Of a DNA stretch of 64,000 nucleotides, positions 21,796 through 30,356 are shown piece by piece (the stretch's first letter is position 1; each line of letters begins with the position of its first letter). Where the stretch lies: NCBI GenBank assembly GCA_965974465.1, contig CBHCMF010000001.1, positions 6,962-70,961 on the forward strand. The letters are read 5' to 3'. Source of the DNA: an uncultured Noviherbaspirillum sp. (GTDB lineage: Bacteria; Pseudomonadota; Gammaproteobacteria; Burkholderiales; Burkholderiaceae_D). The notes below the pieces were generated by a model. That model had not been told where the DNA came from, did no database searches, and saw only the letters and a program-made list of their open reading frames with translations. Made by a program: the position numbers and the translations under genes.

Positions 21796-21852
21796 ACATA
21801 ACTTTCCAGTCAACACCGACGGCTGCGCCGCTGGTTACCTTAAACGTTGATA
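21796..21852 (+). repeat. attC-like site (cassette 4), the most canonical of the array
   Basis: ACATAAC-N-GTCAACACCGACGGCTGCGCCGCTGGTTAC-CTTAAAC-GTTGATA; GTCAAC pairs with GTTAC leaving one extrahelical C. Confidence 0.85.
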
Positions 21853-21864
21853 TGGCCTCAAGGC

Positions 21865-22398
21865 ATGAGAAAAGAAAAAGTGTCGTTTGCTGGGTTAAAG
21901 AGTGGGGCGATTGGTATGTCCATCGTTTTGCTCGTCTTGGCGCTAACAGATGTGCTTTTCTTTCAAGCAGGTATTGACGGGATTGGATTCATCAAGAAGG
22001 TGCCGGGTGAAGTTGAATCAGTGGATACAACCACCATTGAGAGACGTGTCTCAAAATCCGGGACAAATGGTGCCTTGTACGAAAAGGTTCCAGCTGTCCG
22101 CATCACCTTCAAATATACGGTAAACAACGTAAGCCATTTGTCCACTCGCTATCGGCTGCTTAACGGTGGCAACATTGAGGTTCCCGTTAAAGCAATACCT
22201 CACTGGAAAGACATACGACCAGGCGCCTCCATTCCGGTCCATTATGTATCCTCAACAGACACTGCGTTTGTTGAGTTTGGCATCCCTAATGCCATGATTT
22301 ATTGGCTTAAGGTCTACTTATTGTTCTCAGCCCTGTTCATCGCCTTTCTGGCTCTTTTTGTCCTGCTCAACTGTTTCCGTGGAGGCAGAAAGGCATGA
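21865..22398 (+). CDS. Cassette 5: DUF3592-like membrane protein
   Basis: TM - VPGEVES...ITFKYTVNNV...PGASIPVHY - TM. Confidence 0.7.
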   Translation: MRKEKVSFAGLKSGAIGMSIVLLVLALTDVLFFQAGIDGIGFIKKVPGEVESVDTTTIERRVSKSGTNGALYEKVPAVRITFKYTVNNVSHLSTRYRLLNGGNIEVPVKAIPHWKDIRPGASIPVHYVSSTDTAFVEFGIPNAMIYWLKVYLLFSALFIAFLALFVLLNCFRGGRKA

Positions 22399-22433
22399 GT
22401 GCCCCCTACCAACCCAGGGCGGTACCGGCGTGT

Positions 22434-22490
22434 GTTTATCACGCTATTAAACACCGACGTGCAAGCGCCCCGATTAACGCAGCATTAAAA
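22434..22490 (+). repeat. Degenerate attC-like site (cassette 5)
   Basis: 35/38 identical to site 2 (AACACYGACGYGCAAGCGCMCCGATTAACGCAGCATTA), with the same ATT core. Confidence 0.65.
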
Positions 22491-22493
22491 CTC

Positions 22494-22895
22494 ATGAGAA
22501 CATTTGCTGGTATTGCTGCGCTTGCGTTTCTCGTTCCTTTGGTGCTTATCGTGGTTGGTGGCTGGCGCCACTTTTGGTTTTATCGAGGAAGCAAAGAAGT
22601 CACAGGGAAAGTTAGTGAAGTGTTTCTTCGAGATTGGATAGATGACGAAGCACAACCAACAAAACGTTATTTCGCGTCTGTTTCTTATGCAGTAAATGGT
22701 GATTGGTATCTGTTAAGCGACTGGGGACCGCACGTTGAGCCGCCATACGTTGGTGTTACGGTAAAAGTACGGTACGTGAGTTCAGATCCGATTAACTCGA
22801 AGGTTTGGCCAAAGGGAAGTATGTGGTGGCTTATAGCTCCTTTCACTATTTGCCTAACGCTAGAAGCAGCCGCACTTCGTGTGTGGTTATTTTGA
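22494..22895 (+). CDS. Cassette 6: DUF3592-like membrane protein
   Basis: ATG immediately after the attC core; TM - VTGKV...VSYAVNG...VGVTVKVRYVSSDP..S - TM. Confidence 0.7.
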   Translation: MRTFAGIAALAFLVPLVLIVVGGWRHFWFYRGSKEVTGKVSEVFLRDWIDDEAQPTKRYFASVSYAVNGDWYLLSDWGPHVEPPYVGVTVKVRYVSSDPINSKVWPKGSMWWLIAPFTICLTLEAAALRVWLF

Positions 22896-22903
22896 GGGTC
22901 GAA

Positions 22904-22961
22904 ATTTCAATTCATGTCGTTGCACACTGACGCTTCACGCCAGTGAATTTCCACGTTGAAT
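22904..22961 (+). repeat. attC-like site (cassette 6, last)
   Basis: TTGCACACTGACGCTTCACGCCAGTGAA hairpin with bulges, then TTTCCAC-GTTGAAT (GTTRRRY). Confidence 0.75.
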
Positions 22962-23236
22962 GTCTGCTCTTAGGAAGTTGTTACTTTCGCTTTTGGTCCA
23001 TTTGCGACATTCGTAATCTGGCACCTTTTGTCAGACCAACTCGGAACTACTGCAACTTGAATAACTACTCAGCGTCCAGAAATGCCCACAGCGCTATGCG
23101 TGTTTGCAAACAGGGAAATAATTTATTCAGCGTAGCTCTAAAGTCCTTGCGCCACCAACCGATATCAAATGTATTGTCGATACCGACAATAAGCCACCCT
23201 ATGTAAACCTTACTTTATATATTCACGGGGACTGAT

Positions 23237-23680
23237 ATGGTCAAACGTTTCCTGCAAGCACTTCTGCTTTCTCTCTTCCTGATCGGGGTTGCCTCAGCGC
23301 AGACTGAGAAGGACGCTGTGGCCATCGTCGAGCGCGCTCTTGCGGCCACCAAGGCGGAAGGAAAGGAAAAGGTAATCGAGCGTATCAAAGCGAAGGATCC
23401 GGCGTTCGTTAACGGCGAGCTCTATGTGGTTCTGCGAGATCCGTCTGGCACGATTTTGGCGCATCCTTACAAGACGTCGCTTATCGGAAAGAACCTTAAC
23501 GATGTTCCAGATGCCGACGGCAAGCTTTTCCGTCAGGAGATCACCGACGGTGCACGTACGCAGGGAAAAGGTTGGGTCAGCTACAAGTCTAAGAATCCGA
23601 CGAACGGAAAGATTGAAGCCAAGAAGACGTACTTTCAGCGTGGGGACGGGGTGATTGCCGAGGCAGGAATCTACGATTAA
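23237..23680 (+). CDS. Stand-alone periplasmic single Cache domain protein
   Basis: Signal peptide; LYVV...GTILAHP...LIGKN..DVPDADGK.F...GKGWVSYK.KNP. Confidence 0.88.
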   Translation: MVKRFLQALLLSLFLIGVASAQTEKDAVAIVERALAATKAEGKEKVIERIKAKDPAFVNGELYVVLRDPSGTILAHPYKTSLIGKNLNDVPDADGKLFRQEITDGARTQGKGWVSYKSKNPTNGKIEAKKTYFQRGDGVIAEAGIYD

Positions 23681-23714
23681 GTCTGACTAGGCTGGCACCA
23701 CTTTGGGGGGATGG

Positions 23715-25274
23715 ATGCACCTCGCACGCATGAAACTAGGAGCCAAGCTCCTGGCGGCGCCAAGCCTGATTGGCGTGTTGATGATTCTCGTTGGTTGGTT
23801 GGGGGCGCAGAGCATCATCCAATTGACTAATCAGTTCAACGAGATGGTTGCTGTCCGCATGCATGCGGCTGTGACGGTGGGTTCTGCCAAAGAACACGCC
23901 GTCGCGGCGAAGGCTGCTGCATATCAGCAATTCACGGCGATCAATGCAGGGTTTTCGGCTGACCGTGTGGACGTCATCGCGAAGAACTTGGCGGCCCATT
24001 TCGAAGGCCTCGAAGGCGATTTGACCAAACTATCTGCGGTACCAGCCAGTGCGGAGGCGGAACAAAGTGCTCTCGCGGCGGCTCGACAGGCACTACCGCC
24101 ATATCGCAAGGTTGTCTCGGATGCCCTCAGTATGGCTGCCACTGACACATCGGTCGCAGCTAACGCCATGATTAGAGCGGATAAGGTGTTCGATACGCTT
24201 GCCGGTGCGCTCGACAAGTTGGTCGAACTCCAGGCGGCTGCAGCCGCCCAGCACCGCCAGCACGCACAGGAGCGGGCCTCTATGCTCTTGGTGTTAACGA
24301 TCGCGATTACTGCTGTCTCTGTTGTGGCAGCTGCCGTAGTGACATGGCTGGTACGGCGAAATCTGTTGAATGAGATCCGTGTCGTCTCGACTGTTGCGCA
24401 ACGGCTCAGAGAAGGCGTTCTGGACAAGCGTGCTACGCAGGGTGTCAAGGGGAGCGACGAAGTTGCCGAGGCGGTGGTCGCGCTGGGTGTGACCATGGGC
24501 AACCTTGCGGAGATGGTCGAGGTGCTTCAGTCTTCATCAAGCATGATCGCTACCTCGTCACAAGAGATCGCTGCTGGAAACCATAATCTATCTACCCGCA
24601 CCGAGAGCCTCAGTGCAGCAACAAGTGCGACGAGAAGCTCCGTCCGTGATGCTGCGCTCGAAGCAAAGGGGCTTTCCTCCACTGCCAAAGACGCTGCACA
24701 CTCTGCAACGCGCGCCAGCGGACTTGTCGAAGAGGCTCGTGTCGCCACGGGTGAGATGGAAGAGACGGTCCAGCAGATTGTTCGAAGCTCCGAGCGTATT
24801 GACGCCATCGTCCAGGTAATCGATGGTATAGCATTTCAGACAAATATCCTGGCTCTCAATGCAGCAGTCGAGGCAGCTCGTGCTGGCGAAACGGGGCGAG
24901 GATTCGCAGTGGTGGCGGGAGAGGTGCGAGATCTTGCCCTGCGTTCGCAGACAGCATCTAAAGAAATCAAGGAGCTGGTCGCCCAATCGAATAGTTGCGC
25001 AGAGCGCGGCCGGTCCAGCGTTCGCCGGGTTAGCGAGGTGTCCGCAAACGTGAGCAGCTGTGTAGCTGAAATGTCCAGTGCGTTCGGCACCATCGCAAGC
25101 CGCCTTGGGCAACAAGAGGAACGACTGTCGATGCTCGAAGGAGACTTCAGTCAGCTCGATGACATCGGCCAGCAGAATGCTGCTTTGGTTGAGCAAGCGG
25201 CGGCGGCCGCCTCCAGCCTACAAGAGGCGGCGTCTCGACTTGCGGCTTCGGCACAGGCATATCGTGTGCTCTGA
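23715..25274 (+). CDS. Methyl-accepting chemotaxis protein
   Basis: 2 TM, helical periplasmic domain, [39 protein letters not shown]. Confidence 0.93.
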   Translation: MHLARMKLGAKLLAAPSLIGVLMILVGWLGAQSIIQLTNQFNEMVAVRMHAAVTVGSAKEHAVAAKAAAYQQFTAINAGFSADRVDVIAKNLAAHFEGLEGDLTKLSAVPASAEAEQSALAAARQALPPYRKVVSDALSMAATDTSVAANAMIRADKVFDTLAGALDKLVELQAAAAAQHRQHAQERASMLLVLTIAITAVSVVAAAVVTWLVRRNLLNEIRVVSTVAQRLREGVLDKRATQGVKGSDEVAEAVVALGVTMGNLAEMVEVLQSSSSMIATSSQEIAAGNHNLSTRTESLSAATSATRSSVRDAALEAKGLSSTAKDAAHSATRASGLVEEARVATGEMEETVQQIVRSSERIDAIVQVIDGIAFQTNILALNAAVEAARAGETGRGFAVVAGEVRDLALRSQTASKEIKELVAQSNSCAERGRSSVRRVSEVSANVSSCVAEMSSAFGTIASRLGQQEERLSMLEGDFSQLDDIGQQNAALVEQAAAAASSLQEAASRLAASAQAYRVL

Positions 25275-25450
25275 CGGCTCTGTACGGTACTGTCAACTTA
25301 ACGGGGCGTAAAGATGGCAATGGAAAAATTGAAACCGGATTGGCTCGATGAGGAGAAGATCAAGCAGTAGCTAGTGCTTATTTTCTAAACTGGTGAACTC
25401 ATTTTGGAGTGAAAAGCGCCAATCCGGACGCACCGGTACTGCGCTGCCTC

Positions 25451-25834
25451 TCAATCGCGCTCAATTTTCCTATCCGCCTGCTTCAACTCCGTGTACTTCT
25501 TTGCCGACCCATAAGCCTGATCGATGGGATACCGCGCCGCATTCTTCCTGATTTTCTCCGCTGCCGCCTGCAGCAAATCGAAGCCCCCTTCATGGGCAAT
25601 CAGCAGCAAGTAGAGAAACACGTCTGCGCATTCTTCTTGCAGTGCTGTTTGAAATTGGGAGTCTCCCTGTAGCGCTGCAAGTTGCTCATCCGATTTCCAT
25701 TGTGTCAGCTCCAGCAATTCCGCTGACTCAAGACTGAGTGAAATGATCAGGTCTTTGAGTTTGTGGAATTGCTGCCAGTTGCGTTCGTCCCGAAACTGGA
25801 AAAGCTGTTTTCTTAGGGTCTCTAAATCCATCAT
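25451..25834 (-). CDS. MazG-like nucleotide pyrophosphohydrolase
   Basis: FRDERNWQQFH..KDL..SLSLESAELLE..QW, EECADV, KNAARYP...YGSAKKY. Confidence 0.9.
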   Translation of the reverse strand: MMDLETLRKQLFQFRDERNWQQFHKLKDLIISLSLESAELLELTQWKSDEQLAALQGDSQFQTALQEECADVFLYLLLIAHEGGFDLLQAAAEKIRKNAARYPIDQAYGSAKKYTELKQADRKIERD

Positions 25835-26001
25835 CGTGAAGAGGGGGAAATCCAGGGAAAGCCCAGTATATCCCTGCTTGGTAGGTCAACCGGAGATGCA
25901 TCGGGGCGGGATGTCTTAACCCGCCTACGAAATGCCATATTTATGGGATAGGCCTTGCGATGACAAAGTTTCAATATGGGACTTTTCCACGGAGGCAAAT
26001 C

Positions 26002-27690
26002 ATGGCGGAACACCCTGAGCAGCAACGAGCAAACATGGTCAATTGGTACGACCCTAAGCAATTGGTACGTACCGCGCTTGACGTTCTGTTTTCGACGGTG
26101 TTCGGCCGCCATGCTGACTTTCGCACGATCGAGGCGCTCGGTACGCCTAATATCGACCCTGGGGATACGGATTACACCGACGGTGGAAAGCGCCAGGAGA
26201 TTTGGATCGACTATGTCGCTGACGTCGGCGACGGTTGGAATTCCACCTATGCGGTCGCCTACCATCTGGCGCAACCGACGCTGCTGCTGCGCGACGAAAA
26301 AGGCATCGATCATCACACCCAGCGCGGTGCGATATTGATCTTCGGTGGCGATGCTGTCTACCCGGTCGCTAGCCGGTCTGAATACAAACGGCGCTTGGTC
26401 TTGCCTTATGAGAACGCCTTACCGAAAGACAGCGTCGATCCGGCGCCGGATGCCTACGCCATTCCTGGCAATCATGACTGGTACGATAGCCTCGTCTCAT
26501 TCACGCGGCTGTTCTGCGGCCGTGAGCGCTTCGCCGGCTGGAACACGAAACAAAAGCGTAGTTATTTCGCTTTGAAGCTGCCGCATCGCTGGTGGCTTTT
26601 GGGCACCGATATACAACTCGATTCGGACATCGACCGCTCACAAGTGGATTACTTCAAGAACATCGCCGACACACAGATGCAAGACGGTGACCGCGTGATC
26701 CTCTGCAATGCTGAGCCGCACTGGATCGCAGCCAAGGTGTATAACGAGCTCGACCCTGACTATACCGAAAACAATCTTGCCTTCCTTGAGCGGATCGTCC
26801 TGGAACGTAAGAAGGTTGCCGTGTTCCTGGCGGGCGACCTGCATCACTATCGACGCCATGCCGCGCCGAACGGGACACAGAAAATTACGGCTGGAGGCGG
26901 TGGTGCTTTTTTGCATCCGACGCATGGCGCAGAGGTGACAACGTTGGCAGGTGACTTCAGGCTGAAGAAGAGCTTTCCCGATGAGGCTACATCAAGAAGG
27001 CTGACCTGGCGTAACCTCGGCTTTCTGTTTCTTAACCCGTATTTTGGTGTGGTCACCGCGATGCTGTATGTGCTGAGCGCTTGGGCGGTGAAGACGAATT
27101 TAAGTGCGTATGGTTGGAGGGACTGGCCCTCTGCGTTGTATCAGGTGTTTTATTCGGCGCTGCAGAGTCCGGTGTCGGCATTCTGGATCGTTGCGCTGTT
27201 CGGCGGCCTCCTCCTGTTCACCGATACGCATTCGAAGCCGTACCGGCTTATCGCCGGCGTACTGCATGGTGCGGCACATGTTGCGGCGTTGTTCCTGATT
27301 GGCTGGGGCAGTAGCGCGCTGGTGGGCGCCATGACGCCTTACCAGTCCGGACATCCGCTTCACATGCTGTTGAGCGGAGTGCTCATCCTGCTCGGTGGCT
27401 GGGTGGCCGGCTCTTGTATCATGGGGCTTTACCTGTATCTATCGCTTAACTGGTTTGGGCGGCACAGTAATGAAGCGTTTTCGTCGCTGCGCATTCAGGA
27501 TTGGAAAAATTTTCTACGCATGAAAATCGATGCGAACGGGGATTTGACGATTTATCCGATTGGCATTCGTCGCGTGCCGCGTCGGTGGAAAGCTGGCACA
27601 GCGACGTCGAAAATGGTGCCGGATGATAGCCGTGCAACCGCGCCGGAACTGATCGAAAAGCCCGTTATTGTGCGCGGAGCAGCGTCGTGA
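26002..27690 (+). CDS. Calcineurin-like metallophosphoesterase with C-terminal membrane helices
   Basis: DYVADVGDG, GGDAVYP, IPGNHDWYD, AGDLHHY, GGGGAFLHPTH; about 4 TM; RBS GGAGG before ATG 26002. Confidence 0.85.
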   Translation: MAEHPEQQRANMVNWYDPKQLVRTALDVLFSTVFGRHADFRTIEALGTPNIDPGDTDYTDGGKRQEIWIDYVADVGDGWNSTYAVAYHLAQPTLLLRDEKGIDHHTQRGAILIFGGDAVYPVASRSEYKRRLVLPYENALPKDSVDPAPDAYAIPGNHDWYDSLVSFTRLFCGRERFAGWNTKQKRSYFALKLPHRWWLLGTDIQLDSDIDRSQVDYFKNIADTQMQDGDRVILCNAEPHWIAAKVYNELDPDYTENNLAFLERIVLERKKVAVFLAGDLHHYRRHAAPNGTQKITAGGGGAFLHPTHGAEVTTLAGDFRLKKSFPDEATSRRLTWRNLGFLFLNPYFGVVTAMLYVLSAWAVKTNLSAYGWRDWPSALYQVFYSALQSPVSAFWIVALFGGLLLFTDTHSKPYRLIAGVLHGAAHVAALFLIGWGSSALVGAMTPYQSGHPLHMLLSGVLILLGGWVAGSCIMGLYLYLSLNWFGRHSNEAFSSLRIQDWKNFLRMKIDANGDLTIYPIGIRRVPRRWKAGTATSKMVPDDSRATAPELIEKPVIVRGAAS

Positions 27691-27697
27691 TGCGGCG

Positions 27698-28531
27698 TTA
27701 CGCCGCAGCCAGGGGCGGGGTGCGCTTGGCTTTCGCGGCATCAGTCTTGGCGCGTGCGCGTGACGGCGGTAGACGACGCAGCGTGCGCAGCGACTGCAAG
27801 TCATGGATCACGATTGCGCGCTGGTCGACGGAGATGAAGCCGACGGCATTGAACGCAGAAAAAGTACGGCTGATGGTCTCCAGCGTCAGGCCAAGATAGT
27901 TACCGATTTCCTGACGCGTCATGCGCAAATTGAATTGCGTGCCGGAGTAACCCATTTCAGTAAAGCGTTCCGATAGAAACACCAGGAAGCGCGCCACACG
28001 GGCTTCTGCGCTGAGTGAGCCGAGCGTGCCGACCATTGTCTGCTCGCGCACCAGTTCGCGGCTCATGACGCCGTAGATTGATACTTCCAGCTCCGGATAG
28101 ACGCGGCCAAGGCCGGCGAAGGTTTTGAAGGGAATCAGGATGACATCGCAGTTGCTCAGGGCCACAGTCTCGGTCGCATATTGTCTGCGATGGATGCCAT
28201 CAATGCCGAACATGTCCCCTCTCATTGGGAAGCCGAGCACTTGTTCATTGCCTACCTCGTCAATCATCACCGTCTTCAAAAAGCCGGAATTGACGACATA
28301 CAGCATGTCGAAGGGCTGGCCGATAGTATGGATGCGCTGACCGGCCTTGAATTGCATGTGCTGGAACTGGACGTCGTCGGCCGGCAGCTTGGCCGGAATG
28401 CGCAATAGATCACACACTTCCTTCAGGTTCGACCACAGTTTTGCCTGGCGTTGCCATGTAATACCGGAGGGCGATGGCGTCGCCAGAGAGAGTGAAGAAG
28501 AACGGATTTCAGAGAGTTGCGTCGTCAGCAT
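27698..28531 (-). CDS. Crp/Fnr family transcriptional regulator
   Basis: cNMP-like barrel plus HTH MTRQEIGNYLGLTLETISRTFS; no N-terminal Cys cluster. Confidence 0.9.
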   Translation of the reverse strand: MLTTQLSEIRSSSLSLATPSPSGITWQRQAKLWSNLKEVCDLLRIPAKLPADDVQFQHMQFKAGQRIHTIGQPFDMLYVVNSGFLKTVMIDEVGNEQVLGFPMRGDMFGIDGIHRRQYATETVALSNCDVILIPFKTFAGLGRVYPELEVSIYGVMSRELVREQTMVGTLGSLSAEARVARFLVFLSERFTEMGYSGTQFNLRMTRQEIGNYLGLTLETISRTFSAFNAVGFISVDQRAIVIHDLQSLRTLRRLPPSRARAKTDAAKAKRTPPLAAA

Positions 28532-28771
28532 TGCGAATCCTTGTTGAAGTCGTTGTTGTCCAAGTGTTCGTATTGGCTCCTGACACTTTCCGGAAGGGGC
28601 GAAGTGCCCGTGCAGAATTTATTTGTGGTAGGGAAACCAGTGCTATGCATTATGTCTGTACCCTGGCCTTCCGGAAATCAGCGTACGGATGAAATGTACT
28701 GTCGGCGAATGGACAGCACCGTTCAGATTTTTCCTACATGAGACAAGAAGGAGAGCGTTAGGCGCTGCGCA

Positions 28772-29179
28772 TTATGCCGTGTTGTTATCAGCTGTCTTTT
28801 GTCGGTGCTGTTTAGCGAGTTTGATGACGGCGTTGCGGATGGTTGCCAGTACAGTCACCGCGTTGAAGGGCTTGACGATGAAGCCGTGCACCCCGCGTTC
28901 GGCAGCGGTCTGTACGGTCGCGGAATCAAATTTTCCTGAAACCAGAAACACTAGGGACTTTGGCAGCCCGGCTTGAAGAATGGCAAGCTTCTCGAAACCT
29001 TCCTCATCGGTACTGCCAAGATCGATGCACACCAGTTGCGGCTGCAACTTCATCATGCTCGCTAAGCCAGCTGAACTGGTATTAGCATCGCCGATGACGT
29101 TATAACCGCCATTCACCAGAACAGAGGTCAGCAAGTTGCGCGAAATGGCATTGCCATCGATCACCACCACTTTCAGCAT
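28772..29179 (-). CDS. Single-domain response regulator
   Basis: VVVIDG, LVCID, LVSG, FIVKPF. Confidence 0.85.
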   Translation of the reverse strand: MLKVVVIDGNAISRNLLTSVLVNGGYNVIGDANTSSAGLASMMKLQPQLVCIDLGSTDEEGFEKLAILQAGLPKSLVFLVSGKFDSATVQTAAERGVHGFIVKPFNAVTVLATIRNAVIKLAKQHRQKTADNNTA

Positions 29180-29418
29180 ATCGATCCTTAGTCTTGGCGT
29201 GCCCACATTGGGTGACGCGACCCCGCCTGCTGGTGCGTCAAGGAAGAATAATAAGGGACAAAGCGAAAAGCTACTGCGTGCAGTGCAACATAAACGGGTA
29301 TTCGTGAAGGGACCTTTTTTAGCCTAGACTGAACATAGTTTCTTGTTTTCAGTCATCCGCCAGTAAATCGGTATGAGCATACGATGAGAGATTCTCCATT
29401 GCGCAACAGGAGGCAAGC

Positions 29419-29871
29419 ATGTATAGCAAGATACTAGTCGCCTACAATGGCACCCCGGAAAGCCGCCACGCATTACGGGAATGCATCCGTATTGCACCCG
29501 GCCCGGAGGCGCAAATTCACCTGCTCGCGGTAGTGACCCCCACCCCGATCATCCTGGCCGGTGAATTTGTCGCCGCTGTGCCGAGCATGGACGAAGAGTT
29601 GGCGGAGAAGGAAGTGATGGTGCAGGTGCTGGAAGCTGGGCGCAGACTACTTACGGATGCTGGTCTGAATGTCGTCCCGCATCTCGAAGTCGGAGAGCCT
29701 GTGCCGGTGATCGCGGACCTGGTGAACAAGGTCGGAATCGAGCTGGTGATCGTCGGACACTCGCGCCACAAGCCGCTCGCGATGCGGTGGTGGCGCGGGT
29801 CGACAGACGCGGTGCTGGTGGAGAAAATTCGCTGCAGCGTGCTGGTGGCGGCGGAGCCGAAGCAGGTATGA
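29419..29871 (+). CDS. Universal stress protein
   Basis: YSKILVAYNG...GEP...LVIVGH...GS...CSVLV. Confidence 0.9.
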   Translation: MYSKILVAYNGTPESRHALRECIRIAPGPEAQIHLLAVVTPTPIILAGEFVAAVPSMDEELAEKEVMVQVLEAGRRLLTDAGLNVVPHLEVGEPVPVIADLVNKVGIELVIVGHSRHKPLAMRWWRGSTDAVLVEKIRCSVLVAAEPKQV

Positions 29872-29894
29872 CGCCCAAGAAGACTTCTGATGGA

Positions 29895-30356
29895 CTACAA
29901 GAAGCGGTCCAGCATCTTCCTGCTTCCCTTGTCCAGTGCATCCATATTCCGGATCAGGAACTGGACACCGTGGCTGTCCGCAATCAACAGCGTTGAGTGT
30001 GCAACGCGGCGAATATCTTCTTCACCCTTCAGGACAAAGGAGGCAATGCCGCGGTCGGTTTCGACTTCCCAGGTGCTGGGTACCGCGAAAGTGGATACGT
30101 GCAGAATGCATTTGATCTCAGGAAGAAACTCCCGGTTCTGCAGCTCTTCTTCCAACAGGGCGCGTGCTGTTGCGTGCAGGTCACTCAGGCGGTCAATCCA
30201 GGCAAGTTCATGGCCGTCGACATCAACTAATGCAATGCCGGAATCTGGCGCAGCAATCGGAAATGCACGCACCGGCACCACGCCTTCATGCACGCCTTCA
30301 GGCGAAGAAAATACCAGCTTGCCAAAGGCATTGCGGCTTAATTGGAAATTGCTCAT
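29895..30356 (-). CDS. DUF1854 protein (cyanophycin-locus associated)
   Basis: VVPVRAFPI.AP..GI.L, REFLPEI, W.VETDRG...F.LKGEEDIRR; overlaps the ABC gene stop. Confidence 0.85.
   Translation of the reverse strand: MSNFQLSRNAFGKLVFSSPEGVHEGVVPVRAFPIAAPDSGIALVDVDGHELAWIDRLSDLHATARALLEEELQNREFLPEIKCILHVSTFAVPSTWEVETDRGIASFVLKGEEDIRRVAHSTLLIADSHGVQFLIRNMDALDKGSRKMLDRFL

Larger units (their letters stand above)
19579..22961 (+). mobile_element. Integron-type gene cassette array of six cassettes with no integrase in the window (CALIN-like)
   Basis: Six short co-oriented AT-rich ORFs separated by about 60-bp attC-like hairpins. Cassette ends are complementary: GTTAAAGGG 19629-19637 with CCCTTTAAC 20181-20189, and GTTATGTTTCAT 21403-21414 with ATGAAACATAAC 21791-21802. 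Confidence 0.85.

Noticed and set aside
22395-22493. ORF-track N-terminal extension of cassette 6
   Set aside because: It reads through the attC-like site; ATG 22494 right after the core is the likelier start
20183-22961. Repeats as a CRISPR array
   Set aside because: The repeats are degenerate and separated by whole genes rather than 30-40-nt spacers, and no cas genes are present
22943-23206. 87-aa ORF after the last attC
   Set aside because: It overlaps the recombination site and hairpin, has no RBS and no recognisable motif
25314-25370. Micro-ORF MAMEKLKPDWLDEEKIKQ
   Set aside because: Too short to assign; at most a gene remnant
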